A stretch of DNA of 64,000 bases from Catajapyx aquilonaris (Eukaryota). The notes beneath the pieces were generated by a model. That model made no database searches, was not told where the DNA came from, and saw only the letters and a list, made by a program, of their open reading frames with translations. Within the stretch, counting starts at the first letter, position 1; the number at the start of each line of letters is the position of its first letter. The position numbers and the translations under genes are program-made. The stretch lies in the NCBI GenBank assembly GCA_000934665.2, contig KZ538418.1, forward strand, positions 1 to 64,000, given 5' to 3'. This document shows, one piece after another, positions 38,614 through 52,800 of the stretch.

Positions 38614-41600
38614 ACAACTTTCTAGGGCGAGTTCCTGGGCCTCTAAGGATCATTTTGTGTAGAGGTGTCATTTGGCCTCCGTGCCCTTGTTACCGAATAA
38701 TTAGATTTTCTTAAAATGAGTTGCGCGCATACCCTTTTACGCGATGACTTGGGAAGGAGGCGAGGGCGAGTTAGCTGGCGAAGGCAATAAAATGGCGTAA
38801 TGCCCTCGGAGGAATGATTGGCGACAAGCATATAGAAGAGCCGAGGTAGAAGAGGGCCATGAACACCATGAAGACATGTGCAGTTGGCGGAAGAGCAAGG
38901 GCTAATTTGGGCCCGGCAGCCGCGTAATCGCCTCCAATTGCGTGTTCCCGCTCATATCGAGGGGATCGGACGCCTGCCAACAACACCGTTTTCATCTTAG
39001 TGTTATCGGGCCCAAGTGCGAATGTCCAGCACGCGTTTATGCGTCGTCCGCACGCATCCCGATCCATATACCCCATTCCCCCCCCTCCCCCCTCCACTCT
39101 TTGGGCTTTTAGCGCCTTCAAACTCGCCGTTTTACGACCTTCCGGGCGCCACTGCCGTCTACCGCTCCTAAATTCACCTTTGCGCCATCTAAAATTGCTT
39201 TTCCCTATATCCGCACCTTCACCAAAAAGAGATGTTTCGGTGGGTGGCCACCCCGGACTGACCTGGCATTTACTGGTCCACAAAAGAGAGGGCCGCCCCG
39301 GGGCGGGGGAGGCAACCAGCTTCCCCTCCCAGGCCGTGTACTCATCTTTTGTTGATGCTGACACCCAGGATCTGAGGAAGAAAAATTAAAGGCTAGTGAG
39401 TATACACAGGTCCGTCCATGCTAGTGTTGTAACACACGTTTCCGTTTCTTTCTGAACCGTGCAAATATTTCTAGTGTCCGGAAGCAACAATGTGGAAAAA
39501 GGGAAGGCAAAAGCCAAGGACCCCCCAAAAACCCGGGTCGGGGTGTCCCCATCTTTTGTGTGTCAGTCTGTGAATGAAAAGGTGTGGCAAAAGAGCAGGA
39601 ATTTCCCTCAAGAGTCGGAGCCGAGCTGTCTGGCAGCTCCACAAAGGTCAGCGGTCCGACCGGATGACCACCCAAGAGCTGACAATCCATTTTTGAGCTT
39701 ATACCTTGGAAAAATGTGTATCCATCACCTGACACCCTCATGCTGTGAATATTTGTTGGTCCGAATTATTATGCCAGCGCATGTGGTCGCTTCATTAGCA
39801 GGTAACGGGCGTGTTATGATTGTTCCCCTCGCTCTGTTGCCCTCTCTTCTGGCCCGGGCCATCAATCTGCGCAGATTGTGCTGACTAATCTGGCGGAAAT
39901 TTTCCATCATTAGCCGCATGCCAATGGGCCCGCACCTCATTAAATGTTCATGAGCCCGGGCTTATTACTCTACGCAACCTATGCGTTTTGTACACCACTG
40001 ATTGGTACAGCTCCGTATCAATTTTCCCACCACCAGCATCCATCTCTGCTGGGCCAGAGTTTGTGAAGGAAACGGGTCCGTTGTCCATCAGGCTCAGGTG
40101 GGTCTCTCTCTCTCCCCCTTTCCGTCCCGTTGGACTTGAATTTGAATGCTGGCAAAAGGTGTGGCGGCGACTGCTGGGAATTTGTAATCGCATTTGTTCG
40201 CGCATTAAAGGCCTGCTTGAATAGGGCCCGCGGGGACAGCTCCAGCCAAGCCAGCTGCTGCCCCCGCCAGAGAGTTACTCTCTTTTCAAAAGCTGGCCTC
40301 ACACTTTGGATCCCCTCCGGATTAGTAGCCTCGCTTGATGGCCACACGCTGCTGCCTTCCTCGGGTCACCGGAAATTCCGCCAAAAGGTCAAAGTTGGTG
40401 CCAGCCACACAGCTCAACTTTTGCCCGGAACCGAGAGTTTGGCCCGCTTCATCCTGCGCCCTATGCAACCCTCCTTTGCCTGTGGCCAGCACTTTTACGT
40501 GGTAATTATCTGAAAGTGTCGTGGGGGGCAAAAGGCAAGACCCCCTGCTAATTGAAGGTCCAGCTTAGGTTCTGGATCCACTTGGAGGGGGGTCCCCTTC
40601 TCCATTCATTGGGGTTTGGCTTGGTATCGCTGATTTTGTTGCCCTGATGCCCCCCCTCTTTCCCTATACACTAACTGCTCTCGAAGCCATCAGGCCCATT
40701 TGATGCCGATCACTGGACTACTCACGAGCCAGTAACCACTAATGGTCTGTCGCGGGGACGTCGTTACAATTTCCAGAAGTGCCAAGTGACGCCATCGACA
40801 AAAGGGACACTTGACCAGAAATACGTCCACACGTACTGTACACTATACACAGGCTCCTCAAAAAATGTCATATTTATACTGTACGCATACGCTGTACTCC
40901 CTATTATCCGTTCATCTCATAAAATAATAATAAAAGCCCTACAGAATGTCAATGTCTCGCCGGCAAAGAAATATAACAAAATGTTTCCAGAACACAAATA
41001 AAAAATACATGGTAAGTTTATTATTTTCATTAACCTTTATTTAATGCAGCATACAGTGTGTGCAGTAGTTTATTAAAACCTGTGAAAAGCTCATTTTTTA
41101 CTTTATAGAGGACAATTTTAGGATTATGCGGCCGTTATTAATTAGGAAGGATAATCGGGAGTACAGTGTGTACTCTACATATATTTATCTCGTACAAAAT
41201 AGTACAAGGGTGGCCATGTAATTTTGCTAACTTTTTGCATGGACTCTTGTTGCATCAAATAATTCGCAATCGCACGGCTCATTCCGCAACCCTGCTGAGA
41301 CTAATCTTTTGAGCCCCCCCCCCCCACNCCCCCCCCCCCAGATTGTAACACCGTGTGTTTTGAATATTGTAGCATTAAAACGTGCCCCACTTCAGCAAGC
41401 CCCAGATATTCATAAACCGATTTTGAGTCGCATTACATTAATTTAAAGGCTTACACCTGCAAATATGATAAATAAACGTCCAGACTCGAGTACAATGGGG
41501 GTGGACTGGAACGCTGAACGTTCCCACCATGTCAACATAATGTTCCTTCTTCCGCTCCTCTTGCTTCTCTTTCAATCTCTCTCCCTTTTCCCTGCCTCCT

Positions 41601-43918
41601 TGTCCCATCCCTCCCCCCACCCTCTCCTATATTCAGCACCTTCCTTCTGAATCTCCTTCAGCCTGATCCGATCCTGGCTTTAGTATTCATAACTGAGCAG
41701 CGATTTTGGTTCGGCAGAGCCAAGCCAATTATTCCTTGTTTACCGTTGCAGAAGGGGGTCCAAGGGATTAATTTCGACTAAGCAGCTTAGCCACACAGTA
41801 GAGGAGGGCTTTTCCTTTCTTGGCCCAACGCCACTGATTGACGCTTTGCCAGCTAACGGACGCAGAAACGGCCCCGATGTCTCCCGCAACAATACACGGC
41901 TTGTTTGCAGAAAACAACTTCCTTCCCATGCACTAATCTCAAATGCTGTCACATTTTTTGGAGAAGGAAAGAAGAAGGGGGAGGGGGGGGGGCATTCCTT
42001 TTGAAAAATGCGTGCAATTTCTTTTCCCCCTCGAGAAACCAGGTGGCATCATTTTGAATTGCAACTACTTTGTTTGAAAACATGCCCCTTTCTACCTGGG
42101 CAAGCTCCAAAGCGAATAAGGGGGGAGGTTGGCAAGTGACACCGTAGCTAATGTTTAGTGAAAGGGAAGGCCCCCACGTTGGCCTGCCCCCCTCATTTGC
42201 CCGGGCCTTTTCCCCACAATTCGGCGGCAAATGGAGCGGAAGAAGTCGTCCCTCCCTCTCTTTCCACAGAACACAGGTTGACACTTTTGTACCGGAACCC
42301 GACAGTCCACCCAGCCAACGGATGTGACCACCACTCTCTCAAGAGGACACTTTTTCCCAGGCCAGCAGCAGCCCTAGGGCAGGGGGATGGAGGGGGAGAC
42401 AAGAAGCTTTTCCAGCATGGGAGTGAAATGGGGGAGGATTTTATGCCTTTTACTTTTACTTCCCCAAGAAAACATGGCGCGATTCACACGCACTTTTCAA
42501 GAAGTGTCCTATATATAGGACGCTAAGCATATTCAATTGCATAGGCTGCAAATGCCTGTCTGTATAAGAATGATTACCAGGCAAAGCTTCCTTGGAGGAG
42601 CGAGCAAGTGATCTGTGTTGACCGCAGCTGGGCAGTTTGATGGATGGCCTCCCACATTTTTTGGGTGTGTGTTTGGTAGGGGTAGGTGGGGGGTTGCTAC
42701 AATAGCCATGGCCACCCAATGGGGCCAGGGCCCATCCATCACTCGCTGTGAAAACAGCCAGGCTTTTGTGCGACCACCTCATGGCCAAAAGGATGAGGCA
42801 GAGCCGGTGGGGCTTATACACCTCATGGATGGGCAAAGCCCTACCCCCATCCTCCTCTATATATATCCAAACCTCCCCCTTCCCCTGCCCCTTACCCCCA
42901 TCCTTCTGTATACACATTCGCTACACCAACCCAGCTTGTGTCAACTCAAGCCCGCAACATGGTGTTGCCAACACCGAATAAACGGTGACATGCAACAAGA
43001 TGACACCCGGAACGTTTCACTGATTTGCCGGGAGCATTCATCATCGGCAACGGATATTTCCAAAGGGAAGATCCCCCAACCAGGTGGGTTTTTACACATA
43101 ACGTTCTTATACCCCACACATCATGGGTGGACTGAAATATTTAAAACGCGTGAAATCAAAGCAGACATTAGCAAAAAAGACCAAATTATAATTTTATATA
43201 TTCATTTATTACACTCGGAGAATATGGCGTAAATGTTTGCATACATGTTTTATTAAAAGGCGTTCGCATTTAGCAACCTATGTCGAGCCTGTTTCATGTA
43301 TTTTCTACGAAGAAATGTACCAAGTGGCACTGTACATTCGTTCAATTATACATTGCTACCAGGACAGCTGGCTAACCGCAAGACTTGACGAACACCATTC
43401 CACTGCAGCACAAGCTAAATAAAATTATGTAACACTTGACAACTTCTCGTGGCACAATTTTTTGTGATATTTGTAAAACGCAAAATCAGGGCTATATCGA
43501 GTTACTTCCAGCATATTCTCTCCTTTCGCTAAATTAAATAAAAAGTTAATTTGTCCTGCTAAAGTGTTTCGAAGTACGTTCTGTCTCTCTCGCAGGTACA
43601 GAGAGTATACTAATGTACTGTCCGTTACACCAATCGAGTTTTTCTGTTTGTCCTAGCTGGTGTACACCCTCATAAGACGAGCGCAGTTGGGTTGAAAGCA
43701 CGTCAGTTCCCATCAGAAGAGAAGGTTATACGGGCAAGTTGGGCCAATGAAAGGATGTTTTGTGCAGGCGCGAACGACAGTTGAGCATGTCGAGCAGAAA
43801 GGGATGACCCAGGGCGACACTCGCATTGTCCCCTGCAGCTGACTTTGGCTCCTCACATGAATGAGGCAGAGACCGACCCCCACATCGGGACTACTACCAA
43901 ACCAACCAGTGGCAGCAC

Positions 43919-43936
43919 GATGATGATGATGATGAT
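43919..43936. repeat. (GAT)6 microsatellite
   Basis: Direct reading. Confidence 0.9.
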
Positions 43937-44555
43937 GCAAAGGCGCAGAGTACACACCGAAGCAACAAGGGGCCCGGGGAAGACTCCGGGGGAGACAGCA
44001 AATCCGGCGGTTGCGTCAACACGGTTCCCTCCGTTGTTTGGACATGCACCGGGCTCCTCTTTTATTTCTTTTTTCGGACGGTGATTCATGGCGGACACAG
44101 GCCTGTCCTGTTTGTTGGGCCTCCGCGCGCTTTTCACCAACTGCGTCCCGTCTCCCCCTATTTATCCCAGAATTAGCCGAATCTACACGTTCCGGGTACC
44201 TCGTACCTACTACTATAATACTGGCAGAGAAGTGGCAGCCTGGGCCATACAGCGTGGGAGTCAAACCTTATACTTTCCCCACTTGCACCTCCGCCTAATC
44301 CGGTTAATCCGGGCACAATGGCCCGTGATGAATGTTCCTGAGAGGAGCTCACAAATCAAGGGGGCTTCCGTCCGTCCATCTGCCACCTAATGTTTACCTT
44401 GTACCCTCTGGCACCATCATAATTCAAACCGCCAAGAATTACTTTCCCACCCAAGTTACCCCCTTCATACATTACATGCTCCCATTTATTAACCGACATC
44501 TGTGCCATCATGGTGGACATGGTTCTCTGCTGGTATATACATTGTGCTCAATATA

Positions 44556-44767
44556 CAGGGTGTTTCCTAATAATTTCTGAGTGAACTGGGCGTCATATTT
44601 GGCCAATATATTAAATGAAAAAGGCAAGGCTGCTGTGCACACCTGTCAGAATGTTTTATAACTTGCATTATCGTTTATTGAGGCTGCTAATACCTCTATT
44701 GGCTACATGAAATGATCCGGTATTTCTGTGATGAGCTGGCTATCCCGAACCACGATGAAACACCCTG
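44556..44767. mobile_element. 212-bp non-autonomous Tc1/mariner-type MITE
   Basis: Perfect 11-bp TIRs CAGGGTGTTTC (44556-44566) and GAAACACCCTG (44757-44767), flanked by TA on both sides (44554-55, 44768-69); no coding capacity. Confidence 0.85.
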
Positions 44768-47700
44768 TACCATCACTTGTACAATGAGAGCAGGTAAGCC
44801 ACATTCCTGCACACTGGGCAGCAGCAGCAAATAAACTCATCCTTCTTCGGCGCTGGTGGGCCCTGCTTTTGTTGGTGGAGGGATTTGCTGGCCGTGTGGA
44901 TCACGACGTCCGTCCGAGTTCAAGAATAAGGGAGGACCCCCCTCTAACCGTGCTGCATACAAACCCCGGGGCCCAAATCTAGATGCATGACGCGGCGGAA
45001 AACCTGCGAGCGACCAACCAACCCCGGAGTTTTCTCAACTGATTTCTATGCCCCTCATGCAGCTGGAGCGGGAGATATGTGTGAATCGAGGAGCGCCTCG
45101 GAATGTCGGATTCTTCTTCTTCCTCATCCACTGCTGCTGCTGCCTTATAGACTCTGCCAGGAGAAGTAGGGGGCGTCCAGTGTCCTCCCCCCCGACCACT
45201 ATTCGACCGGTCGCAGCCATAACCAATCCATTACCAAGACAAAGTCTTCCTTTTCCAAGCCACAAGTAGCCCCCGAGAGGTCTCAGCCTCGATCATAAGG
45301 ACTCACTTCTAGCTTGTGTCCGGCAGGGTTGAGTGCCTGCTTCCACCTTTTTGTTCTACGCCTCATATATTTTCAAGGCCTGTTCTTATCAACATCTTCT
45401 CCAGAGGAGGAAGGCTGCTTTGAGAAGCACAGTGTAGCATATGCTCTACATTTTGATGGGAGTAATTAAATCCTGAACTTTGACCTCCTCGTGTCACATG
45501 TTGCCTACAGCAATACAATGGAGTCACACCTCACATTTTTGTCTAAGAAGTGTATTTATACGGCATGAGGTAGAAAGTTTTGATTGCGACACCAATTTCA
45601 GTAGGCCTATTGGGAATATCCTGCAGGGCATACCACCCGTCAAGAAGGGAGCCAGACGTGTAGTGTGATATACAGGATACTTTTTAAAATAGTAACATGG
45701 CCAAGAAACCAATGTAACTGACGCAAATTCTGCTCAGGAGAATTATAAGAGTAAGTCCCCAGTTCAAGAGAAGAAATAACGGATTATTTAGACCAGCGAC
45801 AGCAGTTTGAAAGAGAAACAGGTATAGACCTATACAGTCTGGCTACGCAGTGTAAGACAACAACGGAAAAGGTTCCTTATTGTTGGTGGTATATCATATA
45901 GATTCAACGCTAGGCCTACATCGTATAATAGATTCGACTGGGGTAACTCTGATGACGTTACATGTTACATCAATCTCCAACAAAAAATACCGTTCTATAT
46001 CCGTTCTAGCCTTACACGTTTCCCACGCTGAACTATACCCTGTATATAGATTTACGCTTACTTCCTGGAGAAGCCACGTATCAAATATATGAATCATGAC
46101 TGACATCTGTCACCAATTTTTACAGTAGTCTGACACCTTATGCAAAACTTATGATAAGCGTGGTTGAAAGCCATACAGCACTGTAGGCCGTAACACTCGA
46201 TTTCATGATTAGCAGTCATTAACGGTCGGGCAGGTGGAAGCCAAACCATGTTTATAGTATCAGTTCTCTAAATACAAAATTTCTTCGCCTTATAAATCCT
46301 TAATTTTCATCATCATGGAATAAGGCAGTCTCCTGCTGCTTGTTCCTATTTGAAAAAAAATCACAAGTCCAACACACCCCCAGGAAAGAATTCCTCCTCC
46401 AATATCTCCCCTTCCCCCAACTATCTCCCCACATTCCTCTCTCATATTCCCCCCGCATCCACCTCCTCCTGTCTCCTCCTCAAATATTATTGACGACTAT
46501 ATGAACGTCAAGAGTGGTCCCAAGTGTCATCCCTTCCCCCGTCGTCATCATATATGGCATGAGTGTGCCATCCACAGCTTGGCTTATTCTTCCCTAGCTC
46601 TTCCATCCCCAGCATCACCCACCCCTCTTGGGGAAGCCGTCATCCGCGCTAATCCACCTCCTTCATTTCGCAGCAGAGGCTTTAGAGAGGATGTGTGATG
46701 GGTGGGTGGGGTGTATATAGGGAAGGCCAACTAATTCTCCTTTTCCCCCCCAAGCAGCAGCATCCGAAGCTGGAGGAGGAGGCTAATATCAGGAACATTT
46801 GTAGCCTCCGTGTCGCGGTATTAGGGCCGCAGTGTAACAACAGGGCGCACCGGAGAGAAAGCCTGTTTACACAAAACACTTGCAGAGTTAATTAAACTCT
46901 CCGCGTTCGAGAGGGGAGAAGAGCTAGACTAGAGGAAGAGGGTGGGTGGGTGGGGGGTATAGGATTGGATCCACCCCACCCACCCCTAGCAGCATCCCCC
47001 CCCCCCCCCTCACTACTCCCTGGCGCTCAGAGTGTTAATTTCCTGATAAGGAAGCCCAGGGGAAGGTTCGGCTGGAGCTTCGATATCGGGGGCAAGGGGG
47101 GGAAATGGCGCTCCCTGACAATTGCCAAGCATTATTGAAATTGAATGGCTCCCTTATTTTCATTTATTTTGCCTTATCGNGGGGGGGTGGAAAGAGAGAG
47201 AGAGAGGTGTTGCTGGGTCCCTGGTGTCGCTTCCATGGGAGTTGCACACGACCCCTTGCCAAATCGACTTCTTGTAAGGATGCGCACCCTACCATCACGC
47301 CCACCCTCATTTCTTTCCACTCCAAGTGTCTATACGCGAATCCTGAGGGTGGAGGAAATCGACTGACGTGAGATATGTCAATACCGAGTGATCCGTGGTA
47401 AATCCGGCTTATTCACATAGGATTAATCATATGTCTTATATTAACCATTGATCAGGCAAACCTACAAATAACGTCAAAAATGTAGAAAAATTCGCCCAGA
47501 AAATGTCAAACTAATTTAACCTGGAAGCGGAAGTTCCACAGTTCATTTTGAGCCAACAGGTGCTCTTTGCATTTCGCATCCACCGAACCATAAGGACTGT
47601 GCAGTTTACCGCAACATCGCGGTATGATTTTCCCAATTGCGAAAAAAGTGCGGCGTGTGCCGAAATGAAAATGTGCGCGAGAGAACAGCGGTCGAATTGT

Positions 47701-49482
47701 CATCCAAGAGCAAGCCTCGTGACGCGAACAATAACGGTTGGCAACCAATGGCATATCAGATAGTGCGAGATGAGAGGGGTTTCCATTGTGTGAAATAATA
47801 ACCTCTCCGAGACCGCTGTACCTTTTTAATCAGATCGTGTAATTAAAAATGCGTGAGATGGCCCCCAGCTCAACCAACCAAGCGACATCAGGCACACGTC
47901 CCCGTTTTATTTATCAACCAATTACTAATGCACCCCTCTGGAATGAGTCTTTTCAACTTTTCATGTGCCCCGCCACGATTTTGGTTCCAGGGGTACCGCC
48001 ATTGGCGCTGGATCCTCGAGCACCACAGGATTTATGGTGGAAGATGAGTCCCTTGGTGGAGGGCATAAGTTATGGCCAGGTGGGGACCATCCAGTTACGA
48101 GGGTGTGTTGGGGCGGGGTCTCTGGGAGGGTCACCTGGAACCTCCCGGCCTGCCATTGGCCCCGAGATAGGACCCTCCACCAGGTGAGACCTGCCACAGG
48201 TCGCTAATGGATCCCAACGGCGCCTCCCCGGCGGCCACCACAAAGGGGAAAGGGGGAGGGGGGATAAACAAGTACACAAAAAATATATACACTATATAGT
48301 CCTTCTTTTGGGCCATTCTCGTAATGGCTGCTGGGGTTCACCCAAAATCGGCCATGTTGAAAATGTAAACATAGGAGTAAACGTGGGGCTATTGAATGCC
48401 ATTGGGGATTTTGTAGGGGGTTCTCGAACAGCATGGGGTTGTGCTTCTCACAAGCACACTCGTTAAAAATAATTATTCTGCAACACAGAATCACACGTGC
48501 CGACGACTCTCGTCCAAAGATCGGCGCCATTGGAAGAAAAACAGTGCATTTCACAACTATTGTAAATTGTGATTTTTATAAGCTAGGTAGCAAACACCCA
48601 ATTGGCGACACATTTTGTGGAAAAGGCAACTTGGAAAATTTCTCCACAATTTAACAGTCTATGGTAAATTAGTATTACTAGCAAGTAACTGAATTGGAAT
48701 TAGCTGAATTATACCTGATGGTTTTTACCAAAAATGTTACCAATTACATTGTCTGGAATCGACAAGTGCCGGTACAGGGCATTGTCATATTTCCAATTTC
48801 CTATATAGCATATACATGTCAAAACTGCAACGATTTATTGTCAGTTTTGACATGGGATTGCACTACCTCGGTTTGTAAAACAGGTAGGTGAGTACAGTAC
48901 CAAATTGATATTAATGCTCTTACATATGTCTGACCACATATACTTGTATGCCATCAGTATCATCAGTGTACAACTGTTACACGGGTGTGGACAAGGCCAA
49001 AAATGCGTTACTGGATCATAAATTATTTCTTTTTACATGCGTTGAACTTTGCGCAATTATTGGACGCGGTTTTATGGCATACACAAATGGCGCTCAATTT
49101 TCAATGCTAAATACCGTAACTCGAAGTGACTAATTTAATTCCAGTCTAAAATGTAAATTACCGGTAATATTGATGATAAAAATAGATATCTAAGTGCCTG
49201 CTGCTGTGAAAGGCCTGAGAAAGACATGTTACTTTACTTCAATGTATTCAATCGTCTTCAATATTCAATTAATTTATTGTTAACAAAAATTTCTGGCCGT
49301 CATTGAGAATTTGACTGGCAATTTCTCCCACTCGTTATCTCGCAATTATGGGTAAATTATTATCCTTATCACACATTTTCGCAATCATTGGAAAACCTGA
49401 AGTGCATAATTTTAATCACTTGCCAACTTAAAACTGGAACAGGTGAAAATATTATTTTTAATGCGTAAATATATCGTACGTG

Positions 49483-49532
49483 CATTGAGTGCATTTTACT
49501 TCTCACACATGAATTTAAAAACGCACTCAATG
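49483..49532. repeat. 15-bp inverted repeat with 20-nt spacer
   Basis: CATTGAGTGCATTTT (49483-49497) and AAAACGCACTCAATG (49518-49532); the single mismatch becomes a G:U pair on the minus strand. Confidence 0.8.
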
Positions 49533-49657
49533 AGTACAGTTATACTTTAAAATATGAATGAAGGGAAATATTATTCAGTCACATGTTTTTATGCACTCCC
49601 GCATGTTTTCAGTGATATCGCCATACTGAAATTGGATTTTTGCATCATTATTTGGAG

Positions 49658-49813
49658 TAAGGGGGTTACCACTTCGGTATACTCCGGTGTACACCTGCAG
49701 TGGTACTCCCATCAGGTACTCCTTAGGTACCTTACTCTTTGGTACACCCAGGTACTCCTTGAATTATATAGGGATTCCAATGTACACTTTACAGTCGAAT
49801 GGTTAACCCCTTG
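49658..49813. mobile_element. 156-bp MITE with 8-bp target-site duplication (hAT- or P-like)
   Basis: ATTTGGAG is duplicated at 49650-49657 and 49814-49821. Imperfect TIRs: TAAGGGGGTTACCACTTCG ... CGAATGGTTAACCCCTTG. Internal GGTACWCC is exact at 49702, 49715, 49741 and 49751, plus near-copies. Confidence 0.75.
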
Positions 49814-52800
49814 ATTTGGAGTGATTTATGTACAAACCAGTGCTAAACTTGTCCGGCCATTAGCAATACAGTATTAATTATTAAACCTAATTTCCCAGTC
49901 GGCTAAATTATGCGCTGTTTTTGAAAGAGATACTGCACTTTTCCGTGTTACGCCTGTCACAATTTTCGAAACACTCGGAGCAACATACAATTTTACTAAA
50001 GGTTAGCAATTTATTAGCATTCAGGGAACTATTTTTTTTTTGTTCAATCGCTTCAAAATATATACTGTGACATGTTCGCTGCCTTTCATGCTGTATCTAC
50101 CGGTTATAACTGGTATGGACTGTTCGTAGGATGATCAAAGATTCTGCACTTGAACAGTTGGAGAATTACGTAGCCGACCACTATATACCTAACTGCACAT
50201 GGCAATTCTTACATACATGGACAGTACTTCAAGGCTCGAATATACAATGTGTGCATACGTGAGTACTCTTTCATCGAGCAGTCATAAGCCAGACCTTGTC
50301 TCGAGTAACCTTCATTGTTTCTCCAACACCTCTTGCAAATTTTTAGCAGGTGAGATCCTGCAGCAACAAAAGATCGAAGGACTTGGCTTTGGGGCCAGCA
50401 TCCTTGACACATGCTTACTGACACAGTAAAGAATTCCTCAAATAATTCTTACTCGCGAAATGTTCGTTCATTACATGGGTGATTATTCTGTACAGTATAT
50501 CAGTAAGCGAGTTTCAAAGTTTTCATACGCCTCTTCCTTTGGGCAATCGCACCCATTTCAAATATTTTAAATTAATATAGGAATATTAATAGCAACCGTT
50601 AATTTACTCCCAGCAGATGACAGAATTGCATATCCATCACCCAATACGCCCGTTAGTATATAGGCCTATACCGCGTGCTGTGTATATGACGATACTTAAG
50701 TCACAAGTGCACCTACTCACGAGCCCTCTCTAAGCAGCTAAGATATAGATGGAAGAGAAGGTGCTTCTGCAGTGTGTATATAGAGAGCCGGCAGCCAAGC
50801 AGTGAGTGGTGGTGGTTCTGCGTCTGGTCTTCGTCACCATCACCACACCATCACTAAAAGGAGAGCGGGAAAAGGGCCTTCTGGCGTGTGCTGCTGCTGC
50901 TGCTCTCCCACTTTATTACCTGTACTTCTGATCGGCCTTTTCCCCCGCCTTATAGCTTCCACTTACCGCCATTATATGGCCTCGACAGCTGGTACGTCTG
51001 TTCCTCTGGATTATCATTGGTGTTCTTGCTCTTAATCCTTTTGTGATAGCAGATGCCATGTATGGAAAGAGAGGTTCTCCTTATATACATCGCCTGGCCC
51101 CGCCATTATTATTATTATGTACGGTGTCTCTCAAGTGCTTTTGAATAACGTGACGAGCAAAAGGGTGCGCATTTCGCCAAATGCGTGTTGAATTTCACGG
51201 TCCGAGTGAGAAAATGAAGGGGGAAGACCACACATACACACAATGGTGCAGACAACATAAGGAAACGGAGCCACTTGGCGGCCAGCCCAAGCTCGCACCT
51301 TTTGTCATGTACTAAGGAAGTGAATGATAGTCATTTGGAGGCAACCGCTGACAACAGAAGCGACGGCTTGTGTGATTATCCATCCCTCCAGGAAACAAGG
51401 GAATTGCGAGTGTTAGTTTCTCGGAGGTGAGTACGTTGTGTGTGTGTGTCAGTGAGTGAAGCGCCGGAAGTGCAGTCTTCCAACTGCAAATGTGGGCCCC
51501 TGAGATTCCGGATACAAGCCTTGTTGGAGTTGGCAAAGAGCGACAAACATGCGAGCGTCTAATGAGTACATACCCCCTTCCACTTTTCCTTCCAAAACTT
51601 GTGCCTTCTGCCTGCATTTTATTTCTTTTCTCGCTCGATTTTTTTCCGCCCCATTCTCACCACCCACCATCCCTCCCCAAATGAAGCTTGGCTCTATATA
51701 CGTGGTACAATCAGCGAGAAGACCATGATTTATACCCCGCCTTGCCGATTATGCAGAATTTTAATGACCAAAAGCGCCATGTTGATGTGCGAGGAAAAAG
51801 AAATGGAATTGCTAATGAGAAAGTGGCCCCGTGGTGTTGCCAAGCCGCATCCGTATCTATTATTTTTTTATCACGTTACTATATTGCTGAACTATCAAAG
51901 ACATATTTTGGTTGAAAATGAGGGCCAATCCATTATTATGACAGAAATATTCAGCGTTCAAAATAATGCCAATTTCAGGTCTTCGTGTAAGTATGGGAAC
52001 ACATTATGGCTTTGGAAAAAAAAGCGAGTCCTCTAAAGCACTCTCGAGATAAGATGGTGACCAGCAGCATCCACTTGGGCTATATTAGTTCTCCAGGAGA
52101 TGCTTCTCATCGAGCTCTTTAGACCACAAAATTGATGGCGCCTACTCTTCTGACGTCAATGGACACCCAAACATTTGTATTACAGACCTGGACACTCGGT
52201 TTTTTTTTGTGGACGGGACAGTTTTAAAAAATAGCAGCTGCGATGGTTAAGTGCGAGGCAAGAAAAAGCGGCTCGCAAGAGTGCAGACAGGCCCTGGCTA
52301 TATAGCGTGTTTTGCTCGGACAAGGCGCGGCGGTGTCCAAAACGGCTGCGAGTAAAGCAATACAAATGGATATGGTGAAACAAAAGCTTTGTTGGCAGCC
52401 AGACTCATCTATCAGGCAGAATGGAGCTACAAAGTGGCCCTTGTGCACATTTCCTCGCGCATCTTCTTTATTCCCCCCTCCTCTCCTCCCCCTCCTCCCT
52501 TTAATTTTCACTCCCTCTCCTATCGCTGACACGGATATTAATAACAGAGAATCCACTTTTTCTCTCCATTATTGCATCAACTGGGGTTGGTGGGAAGAAG
52601 AAGCTATTTATCACGGGCCGACGAGGCTCCTCGGGGACCTCTGCCTGAGAGAGGGAACTTCCACAAACCAAGGAAGAGAGAATAAAGGACGGAAGGAAGG
52701 AAGAAAAGCAAGACTAAGATAGAGTCACGTCTTTGCGGTGCTTATTTTTGTGTTCTCCGAAAAGCTGGAAGCCACAGGAACACAATTTATTCGTGCAAAT

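Noticed and set aside
42615..43232. 205-aa ORF (+)
   Set aside because: Non-ATG start, no recognisable motif, and composition follows local G/C runs.
12411..46027. Su(H)/CSL sites (CGTGRGAA near 12411, 12650, 17762, 38297, 46020)
   Set aside because: The count is near random expectation for 64 kb and none forms a paired site.
45671..46044. Possible TA-CAGG...CCTG-TA element
   Set aside because: Terminal identity lasts only a few bases, too weak to call TIRs.
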